A stretch of 32,544 nucleotides of DNA from an uncultured Bacteroides sp. (lineage in GTDB: Bacteria; Bacteroidota; Bacteroidia; Bacteroidales; Muribaculaceae), in assembly GCA_964560625.1 (NCBI GenBank), contig CAZLMV010000001.1, positions 3,601 to 36,144 on the forward strand, given 5' to 3'. The position numbers were made by a program, and so were the translations under genes. Below, in pieces: positions 30,764 through 32,544 of this stretch. The notes beneath the pieces are model-generated. The model was not told the origin of the DNA. It was given only the letters and a program-made list of their open reading frames with translations, and made no database searches. The stretch's first letter is position 1, and every line of letters begins with the position of its first letter.

Positions 30764-32452
30764 ATGAAAGTATATAAATTAGTCCTAATGTTCGCTGTTT
30801 TGGCGATATTGAACTCATGTGCCGCAATTCGTTTTGGTCGGTCAACCACAGTGACCATTGAAAGCGGCCATTCCGGCGACGTTGTTAACATTCTTGCGAT
30901 AGGTCCGAAGAAAGCTGAGGAGTTGCAACAGGTCACTTTGCCATATAAGTACAAAGTGCGCCACAATAACTTACCTCAAAGAGTAGATATATTTTCGGAA
31001 AACTATATTTACGAGCCATTTACAATTGGAGCGATACATAAGGGGAAAAACACTGCTTTATGGTTAAAAGCAATGGGGGGCACTTATGGAGGAGCTTTCA
31101 GTATTCTTGGAGTATCATTTACAGCTTTAGATGCCTCGGATGTTGGGTTGCCAATGCTTGGTGCCGCATTAGCTGTTGGAAGTGGACTAATTGCCTTAGG
31201 ATGTACGGCTGAAACTGACCTTCCGGATAAGAAGGTATATTCCACTATTTCTATTCCGGTGGATTCATTAAATGTGTTTAGATTACAAGATTGGTATATC
31301 AAAAAGAAGGCTATTGAGGATGTATACTCTTTGTTAGCTAATGGGGATTACAAGCTGTCTAAAGCTAAGGCTTCATATTTATTGGAATCGGAACCAACAG
31401 CCGAACTATATTATTTAAGAGGGATTAGCTCGTATTACTTAGGTAAAAATAAAAAAGCTTTGGATGATTTGTATGAATCTAAATACAGATTAATTTCTGA
31501 TATTAACCCTGGATTGCTTAATGAAGTTGTAATATGTATTAATGACATTGAGCAATCTAATGCTATAAAAAAAGAGGAACGTAAAAAACTTTGGTCAGAT
31601 ATTGGTGGTGCCTTATTGCAGGCCGGTGTGGGTGCATATAGTGCATATCAAGAAAATAAACTTGTTAATTATAGATTGAGTCATGGAATGACCGCAAGTG
31701 GGGTGGTAGTTGACGCTTCTAAACTATCTCAAGCTGATTTGAATAACATGGTTGATCCTGCAATATTCGATCCACATTACGCTATTAAACAGGTAATGTC
31801 ACAAGAACAACAGATGTATCAGGAATTTTGTAGATATAATAAAAAACCTGACGGATCCAATTATACGCTCGATGAATATCGATATTTGAGTGCTCAGGCA
31901 ATAAGCTATGCCAAGGAGCAAGGTGTTGATATACTTGCCGAGCAGAGGGAGATTATTTCTGATCAGCAAAAGCAAATGGAAGAGAATAGAAAATGGGCAG
32001 ATGAACAGAGAAAGAAGGATAAAGACAACTGGTTTGCTCACTATGGCTATGTAAATCAAACTATGTCGGATATCTCATCAGGTTCGGTATCTGTTTCATC
32101 ATATGACTCAAACTCAAATGCTCAGACTATGGGTTCTTCTAATTACGTGACAAATAATGTTAGTAATATTGAAAGTAAAGAAGAGGATCAAAGCAAACTT
32201 GATTCGAGGCAGCAGTTCAAGTCTACTCCTGTAAGTAGCGAGGATTATCATAAAGTTAAATCCGTGACGCTCTATATGCGAGATGGTAGTCAAGCAAGAC
32301 AGATGAGTAGCATGTCTGCTGAATTGTATAAAAAAGGAGGACAGCTATTTGTGAAAATTGGAAATAAGTTCTATCCTCGAATGTATCCCAATTGGCAGCG
32401 CTTTCAACATGCAATTTTTTATGGGGATAAGCAACTTTATTTCAATGACTAA
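30764..32452 (+). CDS. Orphan 562-aa membrane lipoprotein (N-terminal beta domain, TM hairpin, TPR-like segment, third TM, coiled/low-complexity region, C-terminal globular domain)
   Basis: The ATG at 30764 gives MKVYKLVLMFAVLAILNSC (lipobox). Hydrophobic segments are GGAFSILGVSFTAL / LPMLGAALAVGSGLIALG and IGGALLQAGVGAYSAY. The DNA is AT-rich and I recognise no catalytic family. Confidence 0.6.
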   Translation: MKVYKLVLMFAVLAILNSCAAIRFGRSTTVTIESGHSGDVVNILAIGPKKAEELQQVTLPYKYKVRHNNLPQRVDIFSENYIYEPFTIGAIHKGKNTALWLKAMGGTYGGAFSILGVSFTALDASDVGLPMLGAALAVGSGLIALGCTAETDLPDKKVYSTISIPVDSLNVFRLQDWYIKKKAIEDVYSLLANGDYKLSKAKASYLLESEPTAELYYLRGISSYYLGKNKKALDDLYESKYRLISDINPGLLNEVVICINDIEQSNAIKKEERKKLWSDIGGALLQAGVGAYSAYQENKLVNYRLSHGMTASGVVVDASKLSQADLNNMVDPAIFDPHYAIKQVMSQEQQMYQEFCRYNKKPDGSNYTLDEYRYLSAQAISYAKEQGVDILAEQREIISDQQKQMEENRKWADEQRKKDKDNWFAHYGYVNQTMSDISSGSVSVSSYDSNSNAQTMGSSNYVTNNVSNIESKEEDQSKLDSRQQFKSTPVSSEDYHKVKSVTLYMRDGSQARQMSSMSAELYKKGGQLFVKIGNKFYPRMYPNWQRFQHAIFYGDKQLYFND

Positions 32453-32503
32453 AAAATTTTATTAAAAATGTGGGAAATTTTTTGTGGGGTTGAAATTTTT
32501 TTG

Positions 32504-32511
32504 TAACTTTG
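32504..32511 (+). promoter_or_regulatory. -7 promoter box TAACTTTG for a gene beginning at or beyond the window end
   Basis: The TAnnTTTG match follows a T-run. An ATG occupies the last three bases of the window. Confidence 0.45.
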
Positions 32512-32544
32512 CGCCCACGTATTTGTAATTGATTTAGTGCAATG

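Overview
This window looks like a chromosomal segment from a Bacteroidota (Bacteroidales-like) genome. The assignment rests on repeated TAnnTTTG -7 promoter boxes, many lipoprotein signals, a T9SS C-terminal sorting domain, and TonB/BtuG-type loci. Most of the window is GC-rich by eye, roughly 55-60%.

Gene content from left to right:
- 3' end of a FecCD/ABC importer.
- A minus-strand operon encoding GH20 hexosaminidase, MtaB and a GT2 glycosyltransferase.
- A TolC/HlyD/inner-membrane-transporter efflux operon.
- A seven-gene plus-strand cluster built around an imelysin plus di-haem DUF1111 pair. It also carries two porin-like barrels, a third c-haem lipoprotein, a RidA-like protein and a fused CcsBA cytochrome c synthase.
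- A tight AsnC / membrane-anchored pseudokinase-like / GNAT-like operon.
- A cobalamin-riboswitch-controlled B12 capture operon: DUF4465/BtuH-like protein with a T9SS tail, a lipoprotein, a BtuG-like propeller and a BtuB-like receptor.
- A thioredoxin / C39-like-VKOR pair.
- An aldo-keto reductase.
- From about 28.5 kb to the window end, a visibly AT-rich mosaic island. It contains an XRE regulator, a small lipoprotein, an orphan MNT nucleotidyltransferase, tandem repeats, a structured GC-rich leader and a 562-aa orphan membrane lipoprotein.

I recognised no rRNA, tRNA, CRISPR array, transposase or integrase.

The candidates I consider most worth follow-up are:
1. The expanded imelysin/cytochrome c cluster.
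2. The AsnC-pseudokinase-GNAT operon.
3. The AT-rich island with its structured leader and orphan protein.
4. The recurrent G-depleted, C-rich sense-strand tracts at the 3' ends of operon-terminal genes.

All functional calls come from motif and family recognition by eye. No searches were run.
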